Positions 49,569 through 57,301 of a DNA stretch of 64,000 nt are shown in pieces. The position numbers were made by a program, and so were the translations under genes. The stretch's first letter is position 1, and each line of letters starts with the position of its first letter. The notes beneath the pieces were generated by a model that had not been told where the DNA came from, made no database searches, and was given only the letters and a program-made list of their open reading frames with translations. This DNA comes from an uncultured virus (IMG/VR IMGVR_UViG_3300008262_000233) (lineage: Duplodnaviria > Heunggongvirae > Uroviricota > Caudoviricetes): the IMG/VR virus record IMGVR_UViG_3300008262_000233; one strand, given 5' to 3'.

Positions 49569-50178
49569 TCTTTTTGAAGAGCCTAAAATTAATAAGTCTA
49601 ATATAATATGTCATAGTGGGGGTGCTGAAGGTTCTGATACTTACTTTTCAGAAATAGGACTTCAATTTGGTGTGAAGACAAGAGCTTACTCCTACAAAAC
49701 TAAGTATCATACAAGTAGTGATAAAGTTGAAATTTCAGATTCTGATTTCAATGAAGGTGTCGGTAAAGTAACTCTCGCAAATAAAGTTTTGTGTCGGTAT
49801 GGAATAAACAAGTACATGAATTTACTAGCCAGAAATTGGGCACAAGTCAAATATTCTACTCAAACTTTTGCAATAGGTAATATAGTTGAGCCTGGAAAAA
49901 AATCACAAAAAGGTTACTACTCTAAGTCAAAATTCGAAACAATCGAAGGTGGTACTGGTTACGCAATACAAATGTCTATAGACCACTTGAGAGAAGTCTA
50001 TGTTTTTGATCAAACACAATTAAAGTGGTTTAAATGGTCTTATACCGCTATGAAATTTATTCAAATTGATATAAGTCCAAAAATTACTTGTCAAAATTTC
50101 GCAGGTATAGGTACGAGACAAATAAATGAGCCTGGAATTGGAGCAATCAGACAACTTTATGAAAATACTTTTAGTTAA
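49561..50178 (+). CDS. SLOG-superfamily (YspA/DprA-like) nucleotide-binding protein
   Basis: HSGGAEGSD, ARN, GGTGYA, FAGIGTR. Confidence 0.7.
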   Translation: MIDLFEEPKINKSNIICHSGGAEGSDTYFSEIGLQFGVKTRAYSYKTKYHTSSDKVEISDSDFNEGVGKVTLANKVLCRYGINKYMNLLARNWAQVKYSTQTFAIGNIVEPGKKSQKGYYSKSKFETIEGGTGYAIQMSIDHLREVYVFDQTQLKWFKWSYTAMKFIQIDISPKITCQNFAGIGTRQINEPGIGAIRQLYENTFS

Positions 50179-50229
50179 AACTTTTTTATTTTAGTTTATA
50201 TAAACACTTATTAAAATTTAACAAAATAA

Positions 50230-50694
50230 ATGAAAAATTATACTACAAAAAACGGATATCAAAAGATGGTTGATGAATTACATCAACTTACTACCGTTGA
50301 ATATAGAAATGCTATCGAGATGCTCCAAGAAGCACGTGATAAAGGAGATCTTTCTGAAAATGCTGAGTATGAGGCAGCCAAGGAATTTCATGCCAAAGTT
50401 ATAAATAAAATTACTAAACTTAAAGAAAAGATTCGTCAGTCTGAAATAATTAATCAGTCACATCTTTCAATAGATTCTGTGAATATGCTATCTACGGTTG
50501 AAATTAGAAACCATAAGATTGGAAAGACGCAAATTTGGAAACTAGTTTCAGAAAATGAGATTGATACTAAAAATGGTAAAATCTCATTCAATTCACCAAT
50601 TGGTTCTGCCTTAATCGGTCATAAAGTAGGTGAGGTAGTAGAAGTTAGTGTTCCATCTGGATCAATGAAGCTTGAAATTCTTAGTATTAAATGA
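50230..50694 (+). CDS. greA: Transcription elongation factor GreA
   Basis: ARDKGDLSENAEYEAAKE, ISFNSPIGSALIGHKVG; AAAC-N17-TATAA at 50178-50203. Confidence 0.95.
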   Translation: MKNYTTKNGYQKMVDELHQLTTVEYRNAIEMLQEARDKGDLSENAEYEAAKEFHAKVINKITKLKEKIRQSEIINQSHLSIDSVNMLSTVEIRNHKIGKTQIWKLVSENEIDTKNGKISFNSPIGSALIGHKVGEVVEVSVPSGSMKLEILSIK

Positions 50695-51089
50695 TCAAAA
50701 TCAGTTTCGATTTCGACGGTACTTTAGAGGATGAATTCGGAGGAGTTCACAATGCACAAAAGTCCGAAATACAGAATCTTGCAAAGAAATATATCGATGA
50801 AGGACATCAGGTCTGTATTATTACAAAAAGATATGGACCTGAAATGTCTACTTTTGGTTTAAAAAACGAGCATGTAATTGTTCTTAGATTAGCTAGAGAA
50901 TTAGGAATAAATGAAGTCTACTTTACAAATCGAGAAATGAAGTTCTCACATATTTTATCTCTTAAAATTGATATTCATTTTGAAAATTCAGATTATGAAG
51001 TTGAATTAATTAATAAACACTGTAAAGAAAAATCTCACAAGTGTTTAGTTGTGCCGGTAGAATCTAAAAATTGGAGAGATCTAATTTAG
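50691..51089 (+). CDS. Minimal HAD-superfamily hydrolase
   Basis: SFDFDGTL, IITKR, K, HFEN. Confidence 0.78.
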   Translation: MIKISFDFDGTLEDEFGGVHNAQKSEIQNLAKKYIDEGHQVCIITKRYGPEMSTFGLKNEHVIVLRLARELGINEVYFTNREMKFSHILSLKIDIHFENSDYEVELINKHCKEKSHKCLVVPVESKNWRDLI

Positions 51090-51439
51090 TGCCCGTTTTT
51101 AGGAAGTGGCATGTCACTTACAACACTTACTTTAAAGGTATATCCAGAATCACCATCAGTTCCATAAGTTGTATTAGCATCATAGGAACCACCAAATGTA
51201 TAAGGCTTTGGTCCGTTAGCCTTTAACATTTGTTCGTGCATTCTTTGTCTATTTTTCTCTTCTTCTTGTCTAATCATTTCTTCAAAACTTAGCTCACTAC
51301 TTTGCGTAGTTTGATAATTTTGACTATTTGATTTATATCCGTACTTTGCAAGTAACATTTCTGCCTCATTTTGAGAGATATCTGCAGGTTTAATTTCTTC
51401 TTGCTGATCTTGTACTATTCTGACTTCAGGTCTTTGCAT
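51086..51439 (-). CDS. Hypothetical protein
   Basis: ORF track; TAATATATA at 51461-51469 (minus). Confidence 0.72.
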   Translation of the reverse strand: MQRPEVRIVQDQQEEIKPADISQNEAEMLLAKYGYKSNSQNYQTTQSSELSFEEMIRQEEEKNRQRMHEQMLKANGPKPYTFGGSYDANTTYGTDGDSGYTFKVSVVSDMPLPKNGH

Positions 51440-51522
51440 ATAGTGAGAAAAAACTTTTAATATATATTAAAATTGATTTTTTAAATCTAATATATACAAT
51501 AGAAAAAATTACACCTTTAGAT

Positions 51523-51987
51523 ATGAAATATTTAAAAACATTTGAAAACTATCAAATAAACGAAGAGGAAGAAATAATTGGTAAAGTAAGAAAATTCTTT
51601 ACTGGTTACGAAACTGGTGAAGATAAGCAAAAAGCAATGGTTGCATTCGAGAAAGCACTTGGTGAAATTACAGCTGAGTATAATAAGTCTCCTGAAAGTT
51701 GGGTTTATGTTTATAAATCTAAAGATGGTAAAGTAATGAATGAAATGGTTAGACCTTGGGAAGATAGAGAACTATTAGCACTTACTAAAGATAAGGATAA
51801 TAAAGATAAGCCTTATACAAAAACAAGATGTGAATTGCTAAAAGAAGAGGCAAAAGAAAATAATTACAGAGGTACACTAGAAGTTGGCTACTGGGGTACA
51901 AAAGTAAAGGGTGTTAAATATGTACCAGGAGCTTCTGAGTTTCAGAAGACTACAATGGGTAGTTCATCACAGACAGTTGGTACTTGA
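51523..51987 (+). CDS. Hypothetical protein with CTS-like leader (MKYLKTFENYQINE)
   Basis: ORF track; TAATATATA at 51488-51496. Confidence 0.78.
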   Translation: MKYLKTFENYQINEEEEIIGKVRKFFTGYETGEDKQKAMVAFEKALGEITAEYNKSPESWVYVYKSKDGKVMNEMVRPWEDRELLALTKDKDNKDKPYTKTRCELLKEEAKENNYRGTLEVGYWGTKVKGVKYVPGASEFQKTTMGSSSQTVGT

Positions 51988-52008
51988 TAATAAACCTATA
52001 TAAAATTG

Positions 52009-52037
52009 AAAAACCCTGTCATATGACAGGGTTTTTT
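52009..52037. terminator. Bidirectional intrinsic terminator
   Basis: AAAAACCCTGTCATATGACAGGGTTTTT. Confidence 0.88.
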
Positions 52038-52467
52038 ATTTAGAAAGAATAATTTTATCAATTTCATCGATATTTTCAATACCTTTATTGTTTATCTTAT
52101 CTAGAATATCATCAACATCGGCGACATCAAGTCTGTAGTTATCAAAGAATGATTTAAATTGTGTATTTGAGACAATAAAATCAAAATCCTTAGTCTCTCC
52201 TTTAATAATATTTTCGCCTACTTCTACTAGGTCAAAATTTACATACGGTTCAAGAATAGAACAAATTCTCATTACCTTCATTTTAGAAAGTCTGAAGAAC
52301 ATATACTCACTATCATCATATTCTTCTGAAACAACGTTATCCATGTCACCAGGATCTAAAACATCACTAATTTCATTCAGAATTTTGTCTTGAATATCGT
52401 GTGGAACTTCACCTTCTCCTGTTTTAGAAGAAACTGTCTTGACTAGGTAGATGTTGCTACATTTCAT
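52036..52467 (-). CDS. Hypothetical protein with C-terminal DUF6576-like motif
   Basis: VDDILDKINNKGIENIDEIDKIIL. Confidence 0.72.
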   Translation of the reverse strand: MKCSNIYLVKTVSSKTGEGEVPHDIQDKILNEISDVLDPGDMDNVVSEEYDDSEYMFFRLSKMKVMRICSILEPYVNFDLVEVGENIIKGETKDFDFIVSNTQFKSFFDNYRLDVADVDDILDKINNKGIENIDEIDKIILSK

Positions 52468-52497
52468 ATTGCTAATATAAATAAATATTTTAAAATA

Positions 52498-52896
52498 TCA
52501 AATATTTTCTAAACAATTTTTATCAAGTTGAGTCAATGAATCAATTCCAAGATAATTGATTTTATCAAGAACAAGGTCAATAGTTAAAAATTCTTCAATA
52601 TAATGTTCGGTTTCTAATTCAAATTCGGTGTTTTTAAGTGATAATCTACCAATTAGTATATCGTAAGATACGTCTTTTAATTCATAATATACTCCTTTTT
52701 TGTCTAGAAAATTTTGAACCTTTGAAATAGTATAATCATTACATATTATATAAGATGTTACAAAACCATCATATTCAATATCTTCGGAAATTATATCAAG
52801 ACTTTGTAGTTCTTCAATTTCAATAGAAGAAAGTGAATTAAGAAGATCTTCACATTGTGTCTTTGTAAGATTTGTATCTACCTTAAAAAACTTCAT
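52498..52896 (-). CDS. Paralog with C-terminal DUF6576-like motif
   Basis: IDLVLDKINYLGIDSLTQLDKNCL. Confidence 0.72.
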   Translation of the reverse strand: MKFFKVDTNLTKTQCEDLLNSLSSIEIEELQSLDIISEDIEYDGFVTSYIICNDYTISKVQNFLDKKGVYYELKDVSYDILIGRLSLKNTEFELETEHYIEEFLTIDLVLDKINYLGIDSLTQLDKNCLENI

Positions 52897-52973
52897 AATA
52901 TAAATATAACGATTTTCTTTAAAATTAAGAAATTTTATTTTTAAGAAATTATATATTATTTTGGAAACTTATT

Positions 52974-53000
52974 AAAAAAACCCAGTCAATTGACTGGGTT
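52974..53000 (-). terminator. Intrinsic terminator directly 3' of the tRNA remnant
   Basis: Minus strand AACCCAGTCAATTGACTGGG followed by a T run. Confidence 0.85.
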
Positions 53001-53002
53001 AC

Positions 53003-53088
53003 TAGTTGCGGGAAAAGGACTCGAACCTTTGACCTTTGGGTTATTTCTTCCTTGATAATTCAAAAATGAGCCCAACGAGCTACCAACT
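53003..53088 (-). pseudogene. Initiator tRNA-Met(CAT) remnant: 5' acceptor and D strand missing, 23-nt insertion in the anticodon loop
   Basis: Minus strand AGTTGGTAGCTCG-TTGGG-CTCAT[23 nt]AA-CCCAA-AGGTC-AAAGG-TTCGAGT-CCTTT-TCCCGCA-A-CTA; three consecutive G-C pairs in the anticodon stem. Confidence 0.8.
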
Positions 53089-53201
53089 TGAACAATAAAT
53101 AATAATTTATATGAAAATTTTCAATAATTGGATATCAAATGAAGATATTTTATAAAATATTTTTCATATATTTGCATTCTTAAAATGTAAAAACTCTTAA
53201 A

Positions 53202-53567
53202 ATGAAAAAAATTATCTACTTACTTGTTTTTTTGCCACTTTTATCAAACGCTCAACAGGCATATAAGGTGTATTATAATGTTGTTAATGAAACTAAGGAT
53301 TGGATAAGTGAACCGCTTGATGTAGATTTCACTGTTGAACTTAGAAATATTGACTTCAACTATGAATTAATAACTAATGGTAATGAAGATTTTTCTTATG
53401 TCTTGACAGATACGATATATTCGAGTTTAAACTTCACAAAGTGGAAAGCATATGACTGGAAAGGAGATGATTGTGATGTTTCAATCGGTCATGATTTAGA
53501 TGGTAATCAATATATTATAATTCAATATCCAGATATGGGTTGGTGTGTGTTTTTTAATAAAAATTAA
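53202..53567 (+). CDS. Secreted hypothetical protein with Bacteroidota-style signal peptide
   Basis: MKKIIYLLVFLPLLSNA-Q. Confidence 0.72.
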   Translation: MKKIIYLLVFLPLLSNAQQAYKVYYNVVNETKDWISEPLDVDFTVELRNIDFNYELITNGNEDFSYVLTDTIYSSLNFTKWKAYDWKGDDCDVSIGHDLDGNQYIIIQYPDMGWCVFFNKN

Positions 53568-53570
53568 AAT

Positions 53571-54161
53571 TTGATGATTAGAATACTTGGAAATATACCA
53601 AAAGGTGAATTTGGTCTCGCTTGCTCTGGTGGTGTGGACTCTATGGCTGTTGCCAATTTTTTATTAAACGGTGGTTGGGAGCCAAATATTTTATATTTTA
53701 ACCATAATACTGAACATGGTCAACTTGCTGAAGAGTTTGTAACTAATTATTGTAAAACACATAATTTAAAATTACATGTTGATCGTACAGACCTTACTCC
53801 TAAGTCAAATAAAGAAAAGATTTGGAGTGATTTAAGATACGAATTTTTCTCTAAGTTTGATTTTCCAGTAATTACTTGCCACCATTTAGATGATTGTGTC
53901 GAGACATATCTCTTTTCATGTCTTAGGGGATTTCAATCAGTTATTCCATATTCTAAGGGTAATGTAATTAGACCTTTTTTACTTAATGAAAAGTCAGTAT
54001 TTTACGACTGGTGTTTACATAAATCGGTTCCTTTTATTGAAGATGAATCTAATTTAAATGTCAATTTCTCAAGAAACAGAATTCGTCATAATATTGTTCC
54101 AGAGGCACTTACGGTAAACCCTGGATTAAAGACGGTTGTTAAGAAAATGATTAGTATATAA
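53571..54161 (+). CDS. tilS: tRNA(Ile)-lysidine synthetase, catalytic domain only
   Basis: PP-loop SGGVDS, FNH, RY.FF, HHLDD..ET, RPFL, DESN, RNRIRH. Confidence 0.88.
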   Translation: MMIRILGNIPKGEFGLACSGGVDSMAVANFLLNGGWEPNILYFNHNTEHGQLAEEFVTNYCKTHNLKLHVDRTDLTPKSNKEKIWSDLRYEFFSKFDFPVITCHHLDDCVETYLFSCLRGFQSVIPYSKGNVIRPFLLNEKSVFYDWCLHKSVPFIEDESNLNVNFSRNRIRHNIVPEALTVNPGLKTVVKKMISI

Positions 54162-54540
54162 ACATACCAAGTCTGTAAAGTTCTTCACCATTAAATTCTA
54201 GAATGAAATCCTCAAATGGCATTTCTGTATCTTCTTCAGATGGAATATCTAAGTTTATAGTGAATCCCTCGAGTTCTGTGACAGTTTTTATTCTACTTAA
54301 TATTGGTTGTATTTCTTCAATTCTGAAAAATCTGTTTTGATTGTCTTGAAAAATTATTCTAATTGCGTCTACTGGATTTTTTTTTGATACGTAATACTTA
54401 CAAATCCAGAAAGTTGATTTGATTTCTACATCTTCACAATCTAATAAAATATCTTTAATTTCAGCAATTAATTCAGAATTTTCAGACTTGAATTTATCAA
54501 ATTGGTCATCATAGGACTCAAACTTATAAAGATACCTCAT
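54151..54540 (-). CDS. Hypothetical protein with CTS-like leader (MRYLYKFES)
   Basis: ORF track; TAATATATA at 54545-54553. Confidence 0.75.
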   Translation of the reverse strand: MRYLYKFESYDDQFDKFKSENSELIAEIKDILLDCEDVEIKSTFWICKYYVSKKNPVDAIRIIFQDNQNRFFRIEEIQPILSRIKTVTELEGFTINLDIPSEEDTEMPFEDFILEFNGEELYRLGMFIY

Positions 54541-54615
54541 AGTTTATATATTAGATTTCTTCGATATTAAACTTTCGGTTTAAATATTAATAAAAATAAA
54601 AACTAATTTAAAAAA

Positions 54616-55035
54616 ATGATTAAACAAGGTAGTAAAGTTAAGGCTCACTATACAGGAAGACTTAATGATAATGATGTTTTTGATACATCTATCCAAGATG
54701 GAAGAGATCCTCTTGAATTCACAATCGGTGAGGGTACTCTCTTACCAGCTTTTGAAAACGAACTTTTAGGTCTTGCAACAGGAGATAAAAAGACTTTTGA
54801 ACTTACTTCAGATGATGCTTACGGTCCTTATAGAGATGACCTCAGACTAACTGTTCCTAGAACAAATGTCCCACAAGGTGTTGAAGTAGGTCAAAGTTTG
54901 CAAGGAAATTTCAATAATGAAATGATCACCTTCATGGTGAGACAGGTAAATGAAGATAACGTTATTGTTGATGCTAATCATCCTTTAGCTGGTAAGGCAC
55001 TTATTTTCGACGTAGAAATCGTTGAAATCGACTAA
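54616..55035 (+). CDS. FKBP-type PPIase (SlyD/SlpA-like, no His tail)
   Basis: HYTGRL..VFDTS, PLEF.IG, AYG, VDANHPLAGK.L.FDVEI. Confidence 0.92.
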   Translation: MIKQGSKVKAHYTGRLNDNDVFDTSIQDGRDPLEFTIGEGTLLPAFENELLGLATGDKKTFELTSDDAYGPYRDDLRLTVPRTNVPQGVEVGQSLQGNFNNEMITFMVRQVNEDNVIVDANHPLAGKALIFDVEIVEID

Positions 55036-55376
55036 ACGAACTTTTTATGAATTTTCGAATTCTGAAACCAAGTATTGTTCTTGGAAAGAAGTTCAAAATT
55101 ATTGTGTGATTGTTCACAAATTTCTCTAAATTTTATCAAATCATAAGCGGTGAGTCTAAACCATTCACCGCTTATTTTTTTTTCACAAAAATGTCTGTGT
55201 AATTTAGCTTCAATTTGGGTTCCCCATTTAGATTCAAAAAAATCTACTAATTCTAGATCAGAGGCATTTCCAGTTTTTATTTCTTTAATTCTATTTTGAG
55301 GATTTCTTTTTGTATATCCTATTTTATAACATGTGTCACCTTCTATAGTCGAGGAAATTAGATATACTTTATACAT
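55032..55376 (-). CDS. GIY-YIG-like T5orf172/MUG113 domain protein
   Basis: VYLI..YKIGYT..P..R...TGN, E..LH, GEWF. Confidence 0.85.
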   Translation of the reverse strand: MYKVYLISSTIEGDTCYKIGYTKRNPQNRIKEIKTGNASDLELVDFFESKWGTQIEAKLHRHFCEKKISGEWFRLTAYDLIKFREICEQSHNNFELLSKNNTWFQNSKIHKKFV

Positions 55377-55410
55377 GAAGTTATATATTACAACATCATG
55401 TCTCTATTTT

Positions 55411-55992
55411 TTAATTAAAAACTTGATTAATTTTCATTTCTCTACCCAGAATAAAACATTTAGATTTATAATCATCTAAAATAGTACTATAGGCCACAAC
55501 TGATAAATTACAATTTTTATCTAAAACTTGAATTAAATTTCCTGATTTGTTGATTAATGACTTTGCACATTTTGATATTACTAATGATCTACCAGTTTGA
55601 TGTTTCCAGAATCTATAAGAAAGAAGTGTGTTAATTATCTGACAATCTTTATCTTCTCTAAGATTAGGATTAAAATTAAATATGCTATCAGAGATTAGAT
55701 AAAAGAAAAGCTCAACTGATTTATCTCTTACTTCAAGACAAGATTCTCTGACGATAGTGTCAAAGTTTCTTTGTCTATAATGTTCATCTATTGCTAATTT
55801 TTTAAAGTGAGTAGTTTCATCTAAGTATTTTTTAGGGATTTTAAAATATTCAAATTTGGTATAAACATCCTTGTATTTGAGAGGATAGTGAAAATCAGAC
55901 CAGTCTGTTTCTTTGATTATTTCTTCAACTGCTAACTTTTCTGATTGACTTTCTGGTTTACAAATTGAATATAACCAAGAAATGTGATCTAT
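55411..55992 (-). CDS. Unannotated open frame of about 193 codons lacking a canonical start; ends REMKINQVFN
   Basis: Stop-free from 56001 to TAA at 55413-55411; upstream GTG at 56009 is out of frame across an A7 run. Confidence 0.65.
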   Translation of the reverse strand: MDHISWLYSICKPESQSEKLAVEEIIKETDWSDFHYPLKYKDVYTKFEYFKIPKKYLDETTHFKKLAIDEHYRQRNFDTIVRESCLEVRDKSVELFFYLISDSIFNFNPNLREDKDCQIINTLLSYRFWKHQTGRSLVISKCAKSLINKSGNLIQVLDKNCNLSVVAYSTILDDYKSKCFILGREMKINQVFN

Positions 55993-56023
55993 TTTTTTAT
56001 ATCAAACACTAACTAATATAGAA

Positions 56024-56323
56024 TTAGTAATTTAAAAAGTTATAGCATTTTTGAATTGCTGACATTAGGATATCTTGATTCTCTTCACTATAAGAAGACG
56101 GGTATTTATCAGAGTACCAATCTATTAGGTAGTTGATAATTGCACTTTCTGCTTCACCATTTGAAAAATGAGAGTAATCACCATTTTCGGGTGTCCATTC
56201 TAAAACTTCCTTATCTAACATTTCTTTAACTTTTTCAAATGGAAAGTGTTCTTGGATTTTTGCTATTGCAAAATCTACATCAAATGAATTAATATTTTCG
56301 TTATATTTTCTGAGATATTTCAT
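56024..56323 (-). CDS. Hypothetical protein with CTS-like leader (MKYLRKYNE)
   Basis: ORF track; AAATATATA upstream. Confidence 0.75.
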   Translation of the reverse strand: MKYLRKYNENINSFDVDFAIAKIQEHFPFEKVKEMLDKEVLEWTPENGDYSHFSNGEAESAIINYLIDWYSDKYPSSYSEENQDILMSAIQKCYNFLNY

Positions 56324-56338
56324 GTTTTTATATATTTA

Positions 56339-57301
56339 CTATTTCAATTTAATTTGTATATAGACCCAAAACTTACTTGGATAAACATTTATCATAACTT
56401 TTTCAACCCATCTATATTTTATTAAAAATGTTTTTAAATTAGATTTTATATTTTCAAGTTCGCCTTCATCTAATTGACCATTATCCCATTTGCCACATCC
56501 ATAATATCCAAAAGTTATGACTCTATCATTTATTTGAGGTGCCATTTTTTGTTCTGTATATCCTGGATTAAATGTCAACATTTCCATTTTAATTTTTGAC
56601 ATAAGTGTGACATCTTCAAAATTAAAATTTACAAGTGCCTTTTTAAGACCCGATGTCGCTTTTAGGTCAGACAATTTTAGTTGATTATAAATTGATTTTG
56701 TTAATTTAAAAAATCCTATTGGATTTAATTGATTAACATAGTATCCATATTCAAATATACCGTCACATTTGATGCCAAAATACAAATTAATAGTTGGACT
56801 TGATGGTTCAATATGAATCGATTGTAGTGACTTAAAACGATTAAAAACAACTTTAACTTTCTCTGAATCTAAATTAGAAAATTTAAAGAATAATAAAAAA
56901 TCAGATGGAGTTTCTTTTGTTTCAGGTGAATTTTCTTTGAAACCAAGAGCAGATAAACACTTAAAAAATGTATTTACTACACTTTTACCGTAGCTTTCTT
57001 TGACTTCACCTTCTATATTATCTATGTCAACAATAGTTGAGACTTTTTTCTCGCCTTCTTCTTGATTTAGGTAATTCTCTACTCTTTTTAACAGTTCAAC
57101 TTTCTTTAAATCGTCGAGAAGGTTAATTGCGTTAGATAGTCTTATCGACGGATTTATGTCTTGAGTCATTTGATTAGCAATCATTCTAATAAATTCATCT
57201 TCTATCGACAAATTCTCGATGTATTCACCTATTGAATTGCCTTCTAGTGAATTAGATTCTAAAATATATTTTTGATACTTTTTAATCATTTTATTGTACA
57301 A
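56339..57301 (-). CDS. Hypothetical protein with CTS-like leader (MIKKYQKYILES; likely start 57289)
   Basis: ORF track. Confidence 0.75.
   Translation of the reverse strand: MYNKMIKKYQKYILESNSLEGNSIGEYIENLSIEDEFIRMIANQMTQDINPSIRLSNAINLLDDLKKVELLKRVENYLNQEEGEKKVSTIVDIDNIEGEVKESYGKSVVNTFFKCLSALGFKENSPETKETPSDFLLFFKFSNLDSEKVKVVFNRFKSLQSIHIEPSSPTINLYFGIKCDGIFEYGYYVNQLNPIGFFKLTKSIYNQLKLSDLKATSGLKKALVNFNFEDVTLMSKIKMEMLTFNPGYTEQKMAPQINDRVITFGYYGCGKWDNGQLDEGELENIKSNLKTFLIKYRWVEKVMINVYPSKFWVYIQIKLK

Noticed and set aside
53108..53170. Inverted repeat TATATGAAAA...TTTTCATATA upstream of the tRNA remnant
   Set aside because: Only 10 bp and almost all A/T; expected by chance at this composition.
55032..55376. 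Mobile homing endonuclease
   Set aside because: Single short T5orf172-type domain, with no DNA-binding tail and no interrupted host gene.
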